NCBI GenBank assembly: GCA_041659465.1
Contig: JBAZYD010000002.1
Span: forward strand, 30,253-94,252
DNA from: Candidatus Micrarchaeia archaeon
GTDB taxonomy: Archaea; Micrarchaeota; Micrarchaeia; Anstonellales; Anstonellaceae
Reading direction: 5' to 3'
DNA: 64,000 bases
Positions 17,844 through 26,443 of this stretch are shown one piece after another. Below the pieces are notes generated by a model. That model was given only the letters and a program-made list of their open reading frames with translations, did no database searches and was not told the origin of the DNA. How positions within the stretch are numbered: the first letter of the stretch is position 1; each line of letters opens with the position of its first letter. The position numbers were made by a program, and so were the translations under genes.

Positions 17844-18842
17844 TCAGTACCTGATGCCCTTCCTTGCCATCGCAATCCTTGGCACCAGCGCGTTTGCCAC
17901 AGCCTGCTCCACCTGGTCGGCGCGGTGCATTACTCCGCCCGAGAACCATCCCAGCGCGCCCTGGCGCCTGCCAATGCCCTCCACGCCTGCAAGCTTCTCC
18001 ATCACGCGCGACAGGTCGCTTTTCCCGCGTATCTTCCTTGCCATCCAGGCGGGCACGCAAAAGCCCGCGCCTGTGCCGAATGTCGCTGCCTTGCCGTCGA
18101 ACACGCAGCAGATGGTGATGTCGAAGAACTCGCCTTTCCGGATTTCAAACAGGCCGCTCTCTATCCCGAGGGAATAATCGCACTTTCCTTTCGCTCTCTT
18201 CCAAGCTGCGCGCGCACGGTTTTCCGCGCCCCTGAATGTCTCGGCATTGAAAGGGTGGTGGCTCACGAGTGATTTTTCTTTGTGCCCTGACAGGGCAAAC
18301 TTCCTGCCAAATACTCTCGCAAGAGCGGTGCGAGCGCCAGTTAGCTTGGTTGGATTGTCAGTGCCTGCCTGCACGCGAAGCGGGCGCAGCAGTTTTCCCC
18401 GCACATCATACTTTCCGTGGAAAATGTCCGCGCACGAGATTTTCTGCAAGTTATCTGCATATGCCAATGGGACTGATATTATTTTCAGGGCGGGAATGCC
18501 TCGCCTTTTGCGCGCGGCATTTATTTTTTCCGCAGCCGCTTCCGTTTCCCCGCTCACAATTATGGCGTCCGCAGCCAGCCTGTCCGCCACGTCGCTCTCG
18601 CTCTCTATCTTCACAATGGCGGCGCGCGAAAGGAGCCCGTTGTGCGCAAGGTTCCTCTTGAGGTTTGCGAGGCGCTTTTCGTACGGAAATGAAGGGTAAA
18701 TCTTATGCGCGCGCACATACTTGTCCGATGTCAGGCCTATGGTGATTCTCGAGAATTCATTGCATTCGACAAGGAGCCTTGCATGCCCTGCGTGCACGTA
18801 GGTGAAAGTCCCGCCTATTATGCAATGCCCCTTGCCTGCCAT
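17844..18842 (-). CDS. fusion: archaeal phosphopantetheine adenylyltransferase-like cytidylyltransferase + DUF84-type NTPase
   Basis: N-terminal IIGGTFTYVHAGHARLL...IGLTSD (nucleotidyltransferase). C-terminal GTDNPTKL...GIESG...GWFSGG resembles the inosine/xanthosine triphosphatase (YjjX/Mj0226) family. Confidence 0.7.
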   Translation of the reverse strand: MAGKGHCIIGGTFTYVHAGHARLLVECNEFSRITIGLTSDKYVRAHKIYPSFPYEKRLANLKRNLAHNGLLSRAAIVKIESESDVADRLAADAIIVSGETEAAAEKINAARKRRGIPALKIISVPLAYADNLQKISCADIFHGKYDVRGKLLRPLRVQAGTDNPTKLTGARTALARVFGRKFALSGHKEKSLVSHHPFNAETFRGAENRARAAWKRAKGKCDYSLGIESGLFEIRKGEFFDITICCVFDGKAATFGTGAGFCVPAWMARKIRGKSDLSRVMEKLAGVEGIGRRQGALGWFSGGVMHRADQVEQAVANALVPRIAMARKGIRY

Positions 18843-18851
18843 ACCATGCGC

Positions 18852-20204
18852 CTACCAGCTGTATTTCACTCCGAAAAGCTCGTATACGTATGCCACCAGG
18901 AAGACAAAGCCCACGAAGAACGGGTATATCCACAGCATGCATATCAGGGGCAGTATGTGCCTTTGGTGCGGCTTTGTCCTTGATATCTCAAAGCTCATAA
19001 TCAGGAAGTATGTCCAAATCGACAGGGAAAACAGCCCGAGCACCCACGCAGACTGGAACATGAGCATGCCGTTGCCCATGCCCGCGGCGGTGGCGCTCAT
19101 GCCTGCCGCGAAATTGTAGGCGAACGGCGTGGCCCAGTCAAAGAGGTTGCGGCTCCAGGACATCAGGGTCCATGCCATGAAAAGCGCGGCGAAAAAGCCG
19201 CTCCCAAGTGTCGTTGGCAGTATGAACAGACCGAACTCGCCGTATTTCGGGTTGAAGAACAGGTCGATGTACTTGAGTATGTTCATCACGCCGCCGCGGT
19301 ACCAGCGCAGCCTCTGCTTGAAAAGCCGCGGAAGGTCCCCCGGGACTTCGGTAAGCACTGAAGTCTCGTGGCACGCGCGTATCTTGTATCCCTGCTTTTG
19401 CATGCGCAGTGCAATCTCCATGTCCTCGGTGAGGTTCTGCTCGTCAAACCCGCCGAGCTTGTCAAGTATGGACTTGCGGTAGAGCGCTGTGGGGCCGGGC
19501 GTGACATACAAGCCGTCTATGCTCGCAATCGTCCTGAAGAAAAACCCGAAAGATATCCAGTACTCTATCTCCTGTATGCGCTGCAGCATGGTCTTCGGCG
19601 CGTTCACGCACACAAACACCACCACGGAGGCGATTTTCTCGTCCTCGAAAAAGTGCCGCACTGCCTTGGCAAGCACGTCCTTTGCAGGGTAGGTGTCGGA
19701 ATCTATGCAGGCGACTATTTCCCCTTTTGCCTTGCTGATGGCGTAGTTGAGCGCGGACGCCTTGCCCCTGTTCTTGACGTTCCGCATGAGGGTGATGCCG
19801 GGCACCTTTTCCAATTTCTCATACGAGCCGTCGGTTGAGCCGTCGTCAATCACCAGTATGTCAAACGTGCCCGGGTACTCCATCCCCTTGCAGGCGTCAA
19901 GCGCATGGAAGATGGTGTGCCCGGTATTGAAGGAGGGCATCACCACTGTCACGTGCGGGTACTTGTCCGGCTCAGGGGGCAATATCTCCTCCTTTGCCCC
20001 GTCGGTCCACATTATGAGGTATGCCACGAAAATGAAAAGCGAGAAAATGGTGTAGCCTATGAATATTGCCTGGTACGATATGGACAGGAAGAAGAAGACG
20101 GCAAGCGCCACCACCACCATGCCTATTATGGCAAGCTCGCGCCTTTCAGGTATGTGTATTGTGGAGCGCTTGAATTCGGGCTTTTTCTCAGCCAAAAATC
20201 TCAC
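18852..20204 (-). CDS. membrane-embedded processive family 2 glycosyltransferase
   Basis: VVMPSFN, IDDGSTDGS, DSD, TEDME and QRLRWYRGG (QxxRW), flanked by N- and C-terminal TM helices. Confidence 0.8.
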   Translation of the reverse strand: MRFLAEKKPEFKRSTIHIPERRELAIIGMVVVALAVFFFLSISYQAIFIGYTIFSLFIFVAYLIMWTDGAKEEILPPEPDKYPHVTVVMPSFNTGHTIFHALDACKGMEYPGTFDILVIDDGSTDGSYEKLEKVPGITLMRNVKNRGKASALNYAISKAKGEIVACIDSDTYPAKDVLAKAVRHFFEDEKIASVVVFVCVNAPKTMLQRIQEIEYWISFGFFFRTIASIDGLYVTPGPTALYRKSILDKLGGFDEQNLTEDMEIALRMQKQGYKIRACHETSVLTEVPGDLPRLFKQRLRWYRGGVMNILKYIDLFFNPKYGEFGLFILPTTLGSGFFAALFMAWTLMSWSRNLFDWATPFAYNFAAGMSATAAGMGNGMLMFQSAWVLGLFSLSIWTYFLIMSFEISRTKPHQRHILPLICMLWIYPFFVGFVFLVAYVYELFGVKYSW

Positions 20205-20857
20205 CCTGCCTGCCTTGCGGGAAGGTAAGGCTCAATCTCGCTTTCGCTTTTGAGCCCGGACAGCACGTAATTGTCGTCTATCACAAGCGCGGGCGCGGAC
20301 GTCACGTTGTGGCGGCTGGCGAACGCGTTGACAAACGCGTACTGGCTGTCAATGGGAAACGCGAATATGCGCATCTGCGGGCGCCTTGTGCGCAGGCTGT
20401 CCAGCACCCCGCCCTGCGCGCGGCATTCCGGGCAGTCTGTGTTCACGCGGTAGAAGAAAAGCACGGTGGTTTCAGTGGTGTCTGTGCAGTATTTCCTTTC
20501 CGCCATGAGGTTCAGGTAGAACGCGGCGTTTGCGAGGTAGTACCTCCCCTTTATCCTTTCGTACTCGTCGTTCACCACGTTGCTTTTCTCATAGAAGCTT
20601 ATCTTCTGCGAAAGCTCGTACGCCTGGTCGGAGCGCGCGCTTGCAGCCTGCGCGGCATAGCCGCAAAGCTCTGTCCCGTTGCCCATCACCTGGGTGTAGA
20701 GCAGGAGCATGCGCTCGGATTCCGAGGCGAAATTCAGGTCGTCCACGCTCTGCCTAAGCTCGTTCGCCCTCATTGCGTCGAACTGGCTTATGAAAAAAAA
20801 CCCCAGGAGCGTGAGCGCCACTGTGACAATCGCCGCCTTCAGGTAAGTGTTTGCCAT
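20201..20857 (-). CDS. membrane-anchored thioredoxin-fold protein (CPEC)
   Basis: N-terminal TM. C-terminal VLFFYRVNTDCPECRAQGG looks like a CxxC thioredoxin fold. 4-nt overlap with the downstream GT2 gene. Confidence 0.5.
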   Translation of the reverse strand: MANTYLKAAIVTVALTLLGFFFISQFDAMRANELRQSVDDLNFASESERMLLLYTQVMGNGTELCGYAAQAASARSDQAYELSQKISFYEKSNVVNDEYERIKGRYYLANAAFYLNLMAERKYCTDTTETTVLFFYRVNTDCPECRAQGGVLDSLRTRRPQMRIFAFPIDSQYAFVNAFASRHNVTSAPALVIDDNYVLSGLKSESEIEPYLPARQAG

Positions 20858-20912
20858 GGCTAAACCTTCAAATCAAATGGTTAATAATGATGACGGGCTG
20901 GCGGCTTCCTGC

Positions 20913-22403
20913 CTAGGAGCCGCGGCCGCCCTTGCCCTCTTCCCACATCTTCCTGATGAGCGAGCGCAGCTCGTCGCGCTTCCTTTCGAACTCGGCCTCA
21001 TCCTTCTGGGACAGCTTCACCCGCTCCACAAGCGCTGGCGCCGCATCCTCCCCGGCTCCAGCAGCGCCCGTGCCGGGCGATGCAATGCCTCTTGGGGCCC
21101 CAGCGCCCGGCTGCGACTCCATCTTGAGGATTTCCGACTCCTTCACAAGCACCTTCACCTTGTCCTCGAGCATTTCCTGCTCGTGCGAAAGCTCGCGGAG
21201 CAGGAAGGAAACCTTCTGTATCTCCTCAGCCGAAAAGCTGCCGCCCGCCTGCGCGGATTTAGCGGCCTCCAGCGCAGAGACCTGCTCGGCTATCTTCCTC
21301 CCGATGTCCTTCTGGCGCGCCGCAAGCTCCTCGTTCGCGCGGCTCATCTCCTCGGATATCTCGACATACTCCTCGACAAGCGACTTCGAGCTTCCGCCCG
21401 CATCGGAATATTTCCTAAGCGTGCCCTCAATCTTCGCAGCCTGCTTTTTTATCAGCGAAACCGAGTCTGACAGGTGGTTCTGCACCGCCTTCTTCTGCTT
21501 CCTCGCCTCCTCGGCCATCTTCCGGATTTCGGAAAGCTTCCTCTTGGCGGCCGGCAGCGAATTCTCCCCCTCGGACAGGTCGGCAAGCTTTCCTTCCATG
21601 CCGGCAATCTTGCCCTCGAGCGACTGCTGCTCCTCCAGCACCGCCTCCACCGCCTCGGCAAGCTCCTTCTTGTGCGCCTTTGCATCCGCGATTTCCACCC
21701 TGAGCTCCTCGACGGCATTGGAGCTCCTGCCCTCCTCTATCTGCTTCTGCAGGTCGTCCACGCGGGTGCCGAACGCCTCGAAGAACATTTCGGTGTCTGA
21801 CTGCTGCGACTTGAGGGTCTCCTCGAATTTTTTCAGGACGCCAAGCTCGTTTTTCAGGTCGTCGGCCGCGGAGCGCTCGGCCTCGGAAGGCCCGCCCTTC
21901 TCCCCTGCCTTCTGCCCGGCCGCAATCGCCTTTTTCCTAAGCGCGTCAAGCTTTGCGGACGTCGCCTTTATCTTGCCTGCATAGGTCTCCTGGAGGCCTG
22001 ACAGCTCGCGCTTGAGCGATTCGGCCTCGGACGCCGACATGGGCCTTGTGGTGAGGTTGGCGATTTCTTCCTGCATGGCGGCGAGGCTGTTCCCCCCCTC
22101 CTCCACGCGCGACAGGAGCTGCTCTATCTCCTCGCGGGTGCCGGTTGCCTTCTCCTCCAGCTTTTCCCGCTTCTGCTCCACCTCCTTCACTTCGGGGGTG
22201 CGCCATACCAGGTAGACCTTGGTGAGCTTGTATTCGACCGTGATTATGCCCTCCTCCTCAAGGACATGCGCCCAGTCCTCCGTTGTCCTTGCGGGGAGCC
22301 TGAGCTCCTTTGCGGCTGCGCCTATCTCCACCCTGCCCCGTTCCTTGACAAGGCGTATCAGGTTGTCTACGCCTGTTGATATGAGCAAGTCGTCCAGCGC
22401 CAT
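20913..22403 (-). CDS. winged-helix + long coiled-coil protein
   Basis: N-terminal ~70-aa wHTH-like domain (IGAAAKELRLPARTTEDWAHVLEEEGIITVEY), then ~400 aa of E/K/A/L-rich heptad-like sequence. The ATG lies 25-31 nt from the TATA at 22428-22434. Confidence 0.6.
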   Translation of the reverse strand: MALDDLLISTGVDNLIRLVKERGRVEIGAAAKELRLPARTTEDWAHVLEEEGIITVEYKLTKVYLVWRTPEVKEVEQKREKLEEKATGTREEIEQLLSRVEEGGNSLAAMQEEIANLTTRPMSASEAESLKRELSGLQETYAGKIKATSAKLDALRKKAIAAGQKAGEKGGPSEAERSAADDLKNELGVLKKFEETLKSQQSDTEMFFEAFGTRVDDLQKQIEEGRSSNAVEELRVEIADAKAHKKELAEAVEAVLEEQQSLEGKIAGMEGKLADLSEGENSLPAAKRKLSEIRKMAEEARKQKKAVQNHLSDSVSLIKKQAAKIEGTLRKYSDAGGSSKSLVEEYVEISEEMSRANEELAARQKDIGRKIAEQVSALEAAKSAQAGGSFSAEEIQKVSFLLRELSHEQEMLEDKVKVLVKESEILKMESQPGAGAPRGIASPGTGAAGAGEDAAPALVERVKLSQKDEAEFERKRDELRSLIRKMWEEGKGGRGS

Positions 22404-22427
22404 GGCTGTTCCCTGCAAATCCAATCC

Positions 22428-22434
22428 TTATAAA
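22428..22434. promoter_or_regulatory. shared palindromic TATA box (TTATAAA) of a divergent gene pair
   Basis: The only TATA-like element in the 95-bp divergent region 22404-22498. Confidence 0.4.
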
Positions 22435-22498
22435 GATTTGTGCTGAAGGCTATCGTCAGTTGAACGCTTCGCGCGCGTATCGGTTAGTGGGGATATTG

Positions 22499-23872
22499 AT
22501 GGCAGACATGGATTTTGACATGCGGCTGAAGAAGGAGGCAAAGTCCTCGCTCCAGTCATTCCGCGACCAGTCGCTGCTGCGCCGCAAGTTCGGCGACGAG
22601 GCGGTCAAGCTTTACAACCTCATAGACAGCGGAAAGACCGCATCCGGGCTGATGTCCTCCCTTGGCATGAAGGAGGAAACCTTCGTGGAAATCCTGGAAT
22701 TCATGAACAACAATGCCATGGTGAGCATCGTCCCGTCCGAGCCTGCCCCTGTGCAGGATTGGCGCGATGCAGCAGGCGGCGAGCGCGCCACTGAGGGCGC
22801 CGAAGGCGGCGCTGCCGGTGAAGAAGGCGGGCCAGAAGAAAGCGAGCCGGGCGCCCCTGGCGAAAAGCCCCCCATATCCGCCATGCCATCCCCCTCGCCA
22901 TCCGCCCCTGCAGGGAAGGAAATCGACGAGGACTCGCTTTCCCCGCTTGAAAAGGTGCTTTACAGGAAGCACGGCTCCATAGGCGTCAGGATATACAACC
23001 TGATTGACGGGGAAAAGACCGCCGAGGAGATATTGCGCGAGACCGGCGTGTCCGAGGCAAAGCTGGTCGAGATACTGGAGTTCATGGACGAGCAGGGCAT
23101 CATCAAGCTTGAGAAGCCCGAGGAAAAGCAGCCTGCCGAAAGCGGCGATGGCAAGGATGAAGGGAAAGGCGAAAACTTCTCCGAAGGCGGCGAGGGCGGG
23201 GGCAAAGGCGGCGACGACTCCGGCGAAGACAAGGACGGCCTTGACGGGGAAGGCGAGGACAAGCCTGCGCGCGAGCCGCGCTTCAAGCCCATAGTGGAGG
23301 ACGTGCCGGAAGGCAAGCCTTTCCAGGCGCCCGAGGCCCCGAAGAAGGAGGACAGGCAGGCGAAAAAGGAGGAGGTGGACGAGCCGGGCGAGGACATCGT
23401 GATGGTGGACGTGCCTGTGGTTGCGAAGCTTTCCATGCTGCAGCGCGCAATGATGTTCACCGAGCTTTCCACCAAGTTCCCCCCTGCCGCGCGGTCGCTT
23501 TTCGACATGGCCGACGGCAAGCGCGACTTCGTGGGGCTTTCGCTCGCAACGGGCATGCCGCTTTTCGACATAGACTCAGCAATGGCGTACTTCGGCAAGA
23601 AGGGCTTCATCACATTCCGCCAGCTCGACCGGAACGAGATACGCGACAGGTACGGGGAGGACGGATTTGCCATCTACAAGCGCTTCGGCAGGGAAGGGCT
23701 CCTGATATACGAAATGATAGGCAAGGAGGCGTCATTGCGCGACATCATACTCAAGAGCAAGGTGGACCCCGAGCGCGCGATAGAGATATTCTCCTTCATC
23801 CATAAAGTGCTCGGGCTTGACATACCGCTTGACCGCGACCTCATCTATCGGCAGATAGGCTTGAAAAAATAG
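22499..23872 (+). CDS. protein with four winged-helix-like repeats separated by acidic/Gly-rich linkers
   Basis: Repeats of the type KLYNLIDSGKTASGLMSSLGMKEETFVEILEFMNNNAMVSI and RIYNLIDGEKTAEEILRETGVSEAKLVEILEFMDEQGIIKL, plus two more C-terminal copies. GGGGAT SD before the ATG at 22499; a TTG at 22460 is possible. Confidence 0.55.
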   Translation: MADMDFDMRLKKEAKSSLQSFRDQSLLRRKFGDEAVKLYNLIDSGKTASGLMSSLGMKEETFVEILEFMNNNAMVSIVPSEPAPVQDWRDAAGGERATEGAEGGAAGEEGGPEESEPGAPGEKPPISAMPSPSPSAPAGKEIDEDSLSPLEKVLYRKHGSIGVRIYNLIDGEKTAEEILRETGVSEAKLVEILEFMDEQGIIKLEKPEEKQPAESGDGKDEGKGENFSEGGEGGGKGGDDSGEDKDGLDGEGEDKPAREPRFKPIVEDVPEGKPFQAPEAPKKEDRQAKKEEVDEPGEDIVMVDVPVVAKLSMLQRAMMFTELSTKFPPAARSLFDMADGKRDFVGLSLATGMPLFDIDSAMAYFGKKGFITFRQLDRNEIRDRYGEDGFAIYKRFGREGLLIYEMIGKEASLRDIILKSKVDPERAIEIFSFIHKVLGLDIPLDRDLIYRQIGLKK

Positions 23873-24017
23873 CGCGCTATTTTTTCAGAATTCAGCATCG
23901 CCTGCAGGCGAATAAGATGAAGAAATAATCTGCAGCCCTGGCGCCTGATTTTCGGTCTTCTCTAAACTTACATTTTTAAACACTTCCAAGAAGAAAAAAT
24001 CCGTGGAAGGTGCATAA

Positions 24018-24722
24018 ATGAAGATTGCTTATTCTAACGGAGCTGCGAAGGTCAGTTATGGAATCCTAAAAAGGAAAGAATTTGTCCTTGGGGCGCCGCA
24101 TGCCTCTCCACGCCTCAATAATATGCGAACCTGGCAAGTGAAGCGACTGGCGGGCAAGCTTGAAAAGCTTGATTTTGAAGGGAAAATGCCCATCCTGGAA
24201 GGTGTCCGCGCAAACATCTCCCTAAGGGAAAAGATCAGGCACGATGGCTCGGTCTGCACTGTTTCTGACAGCCTTGGAAGCGCTGTAGGGCTGACTACCT
24301 TGAGAAGGGGGCAAATAGTTGAGTTCAAAGTCGACCGTGAAACCGCAAGCCAGCCAAAGCTGAGCAGGATGAACCTATGGGAAATTGTCTTGGAAAAAAA
24401 CGCGGCAAATGGGCTGAAAAACACGGCAAAAGCCGTAATAAAAGCAAGGGAGAAAAAAGAGGAGCGACTCCTCACCGCGGCGATACTTGGCGCCGGAATC
24501 CTGGTCAGCGCGCTTGAGCTTGCCTTCAAGCCAATATTTGCCATTGTTCCAGAGCCTGCATGGATTGGCCGCTTCTTCGATCTTTCCGTGATAATGATTG
24601 GAACGTATGCCCTCTGGTGCCTGCGGGACATTTTCAGGATGCATAGGCACATCGTACGGACCTTTAAACGCAGGCCGGACATGTTTGACAAATGGATGGA
24701 CATGCAGATGGGCGGCAGATAA
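24018..24722 (+). CDS. hypothetical protein with C-terminal 2-TM anchor
   Basis: 234-aa ORF, AT-richer than its neighbours. Hydrophobic segments LLTAAILGAGILVSALELAF and FFDLSVIMIGTYALWCL. Confidence 0.5.
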   Translation: MKIAYSNGAAKVSYGILKRKEFVLGAPHASPRLNNMRTWQVKRLAGKLEKLDFEGKMPILEGVRANISLREKIRHDGSVCTVSDSLGSAVGLTTLRRGQIVEFKVDRETASQPKLSRMNLWEIVLEKNAANGLKNTAKAVIKAREKKEERLLTAAILGAGILVSALELAFKPIFAIVPEPAWIGRFFDLSVIMIGTYALWCLRDIFRMHRHIVRTFKRRPDMFDKWMDMQMGGR

Positions 24723-24745
24723 AATCCTGGCTTTTGCAGGCTCCT

Positions 24746-25279
24746 CTAGTTCCTCGCTCGTGCAAGTGCCATCTGCTCCACAGCAAGCTCTGCCTCGAAA
24801 TAAGCGCCCTTTTTCCTTCCCATCCTTGAAAGCGCGATTTTCTTTGCCTTCACAAGCCCCAGTTCGCGCTTCACTTTCGCAACCGGGATACTTTTTTCGC
24901 AGACGAGCACGAACGCGCGCGCATCCTTTGCGCCAATCCTGCGGAGCGCTGAGGCAAAGTTCATCTCGCGCGCAAGGAACAGCAAAGCTTCGTTTGACAT
25001 CTTTCCGGAGATGTTGCCCTTTTCCTCGAATGCGCGGCTGGCAAGGTAAAAAGCAGCCTCAAGCTCCAGCCCCGTCCGCCCCCGCATCGCCTCAGGCGAA
25101 AGCAGCAGGCAGGGCGTTTGCAGCCCCTCCGCTGCCGTGACTATGGCGCCAAGCGGCCTTTCGGATGAACACGCCAATGCGAGCATGCAGCACTGGGGTG
25201 CCCGAACATTTAAAAACACAACTTCGAATATAGTGCCTGCAAATCCGGTTTTTGATGATTTTGCATTTACGGAGGTCAT
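24746..25279 (-). CDS. cgi121: KEOPS subunit Cgi121-like
   Basis: EALLFLAREMNFASALRRIGAKDARAFVLVCEKS parallels the ...SGQRQIHEAIKIIGAKDGNVCLICE region of archaeal Cgi121 as I recall it. Confidence 0.6.
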   Translation of the reverse strand: MTSVNAKSSKTGFAGTIFEVVFLNVRAPQCCMLALACSSERPLGAIVTAAEGLQTPCLLLSPEAMRGRTGLELEAAFYLASRAFEEKGNISGKMSNEALLFLAREMNFASALRRIGAKDARAFVLVCEKSIPVAKVKRELGLVKAKKIALSRMGRKKGAYFEAELAVEQMALARARN

Positions 25280-25282
25280 TTG

Positions 25283-25663
25283 ATGGAGAACTATCACGGC
25301 GCACGCGGCTCAACCACGAAAGGCACAGGCGGCAAGCGCGGCAAGGCTGCGGACAAGAAGCTCCGCTTCGTAGGCGGGACGTTCACGGCGACCAAGGTGG
25401 GCACAAAGGAGCAGCGCATTGTGAAGCGCGGGCGCGGGAACACCGCGAAGGTGAAGCTGCGCACTGCCAAGTTCGTAAACGTACTGACAAAGGAAGGCAT
25501 GAAGAAAGTGACGCTGAGAACAGTGCTTGAGACGCTGGACAACCGGCACTATGCGCGCCAGAACATCCTCACGCGCGGCGCTGTGGTGGACACTGAAATC
25601 GGGAAGGTCAAGATAACGAACAGGGTTGGACAAGACGGAGTCGTGAACGGACGGTTGCTGTAA
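25283..25663 (+). CDS. rps8e: ribosomal protein S8e
   Basis: HGARGSTTKGTGGKRG...NRHYARQNILTRGAVV is typical of S8e. GGAGGT SD 6 nt upstream. Confidence 0.9.
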   Translation: MENYHGARGSTTKGTGGKRGKAADKKLRFVGGTFTATKVGTKEQRIVKRGRGNTAKVKLRTAKFVNVLTKEGMKKVTLRTVLETLDNRHYARQNILTRGAVVDTEIGKVKITNRVGQDGVVNGRLL

Positions 25664-25677
25664 GTCCGTTCGCGATA

Positions 25678-25760
25678 AGTTGCGCATCAGCGCAACTGTG
25701 TTGTGAACGGCAAGCTTCTCTAAGTTTTCTTTTCCGCTTTTTCTTTTATTTTTTACTCTT
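25678..25760 (+). terminator. hairpin plus T/C-rich tract after rps8e
   Basis: AGTTGCGC-ATCA-GCGCAACT (25678-25697), then TTTTCTTTTCCGCTTTTTCTTTTATTTTTT. Confidence 0.55.
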
Positions 25761-25861
25761 CTTAATGCAAGTGCCGTTAACTTGCTTTATTCTAACCACG
25801 TTTCTCCACAAAAAAAAAACACTTATAAGCTTTGCCCGAGATTTTACTGTTGAGGGATTCC

Positions 25862-26398
25862 ATGGCATTCAAAACCGAAATGGCACCAAACGTAAACATG
25901 GGCACACATGTGATAACATCTGCGGAACGCCTTAACATGGACATGCCGCAAGCACAAAATTTTTTCACGCAGTTCAATAATAAAAAGGCGGAGCCTGGCG
26001 TTGAGAAGTATGCAAGCGGTAAAATCCAACAATTAACCCTCAAAAGTTCTATTGGCGATTCTTTTCCGATTAAATTTGATTCCCGGCAGCCGAGCGATAT
26101 GAATAAGCCCACTGTGTCTGTGGGAGATCACGCTCTGGCTTATGATGCGGTTTCCTCTTTAGAATATAATAAATCCAAAGGCACTCTTACCGTTATTGGC
26201 GAAAGTGAAAAACCTCTCGGAACTTTCCGTGCACCGACTGCTGCTGAAAAAAATGAATTCAAAAAATCGACTGGTGGGATTGAACTTGGCAGCCAGGCTT
26301 TTGTGTTTGAACGTGCCACTGATAATAAAACCATGCTGTTTGATCCAAACCTTCCAAATGGTGCGCTAAAGGACTTTGATGGCAACAAATTCAAGTAA
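25862..26398 (+). CDS. hypothetical soluble protein, AT-rich orphan
   Basis: ORF starting MAFKTEMAPN after GAGGGAT. Composition is clearly AT-richer than the flanks. No motif recognised. Confidence 0.45.
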   Translation: MAFKTEMAPNVNMGTHVITSAERLNMDMPQAQNFFTQFNNKKAEPGVEKYASGKIQQLTLKSSIGDSFPIKFDSRQPSDMNKPTVSVGDHALAYDAVSSLEYNKSKGTLTVIGESEKPLGTFRAPTAAEKNEFKKSTGGIELGSQAFVFERATDNKTMLFDPNLPNGALKDFDGNKFK

Positions 26399-26443
26399 CA
26401 GCAGATTGTCATCCTTTTCTTTTCCTGTTATTTTCTTGTTTCC

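Noticed and set aside
20932-21984. 350-aa Ser-rich plus-strand ORF
   Set aside because: It is the antisense of the E/K/A-rich coiled-coil gene, because GAA/GAG/GCN codons read backwards as Ser/Phe/Leu. It has no start context.
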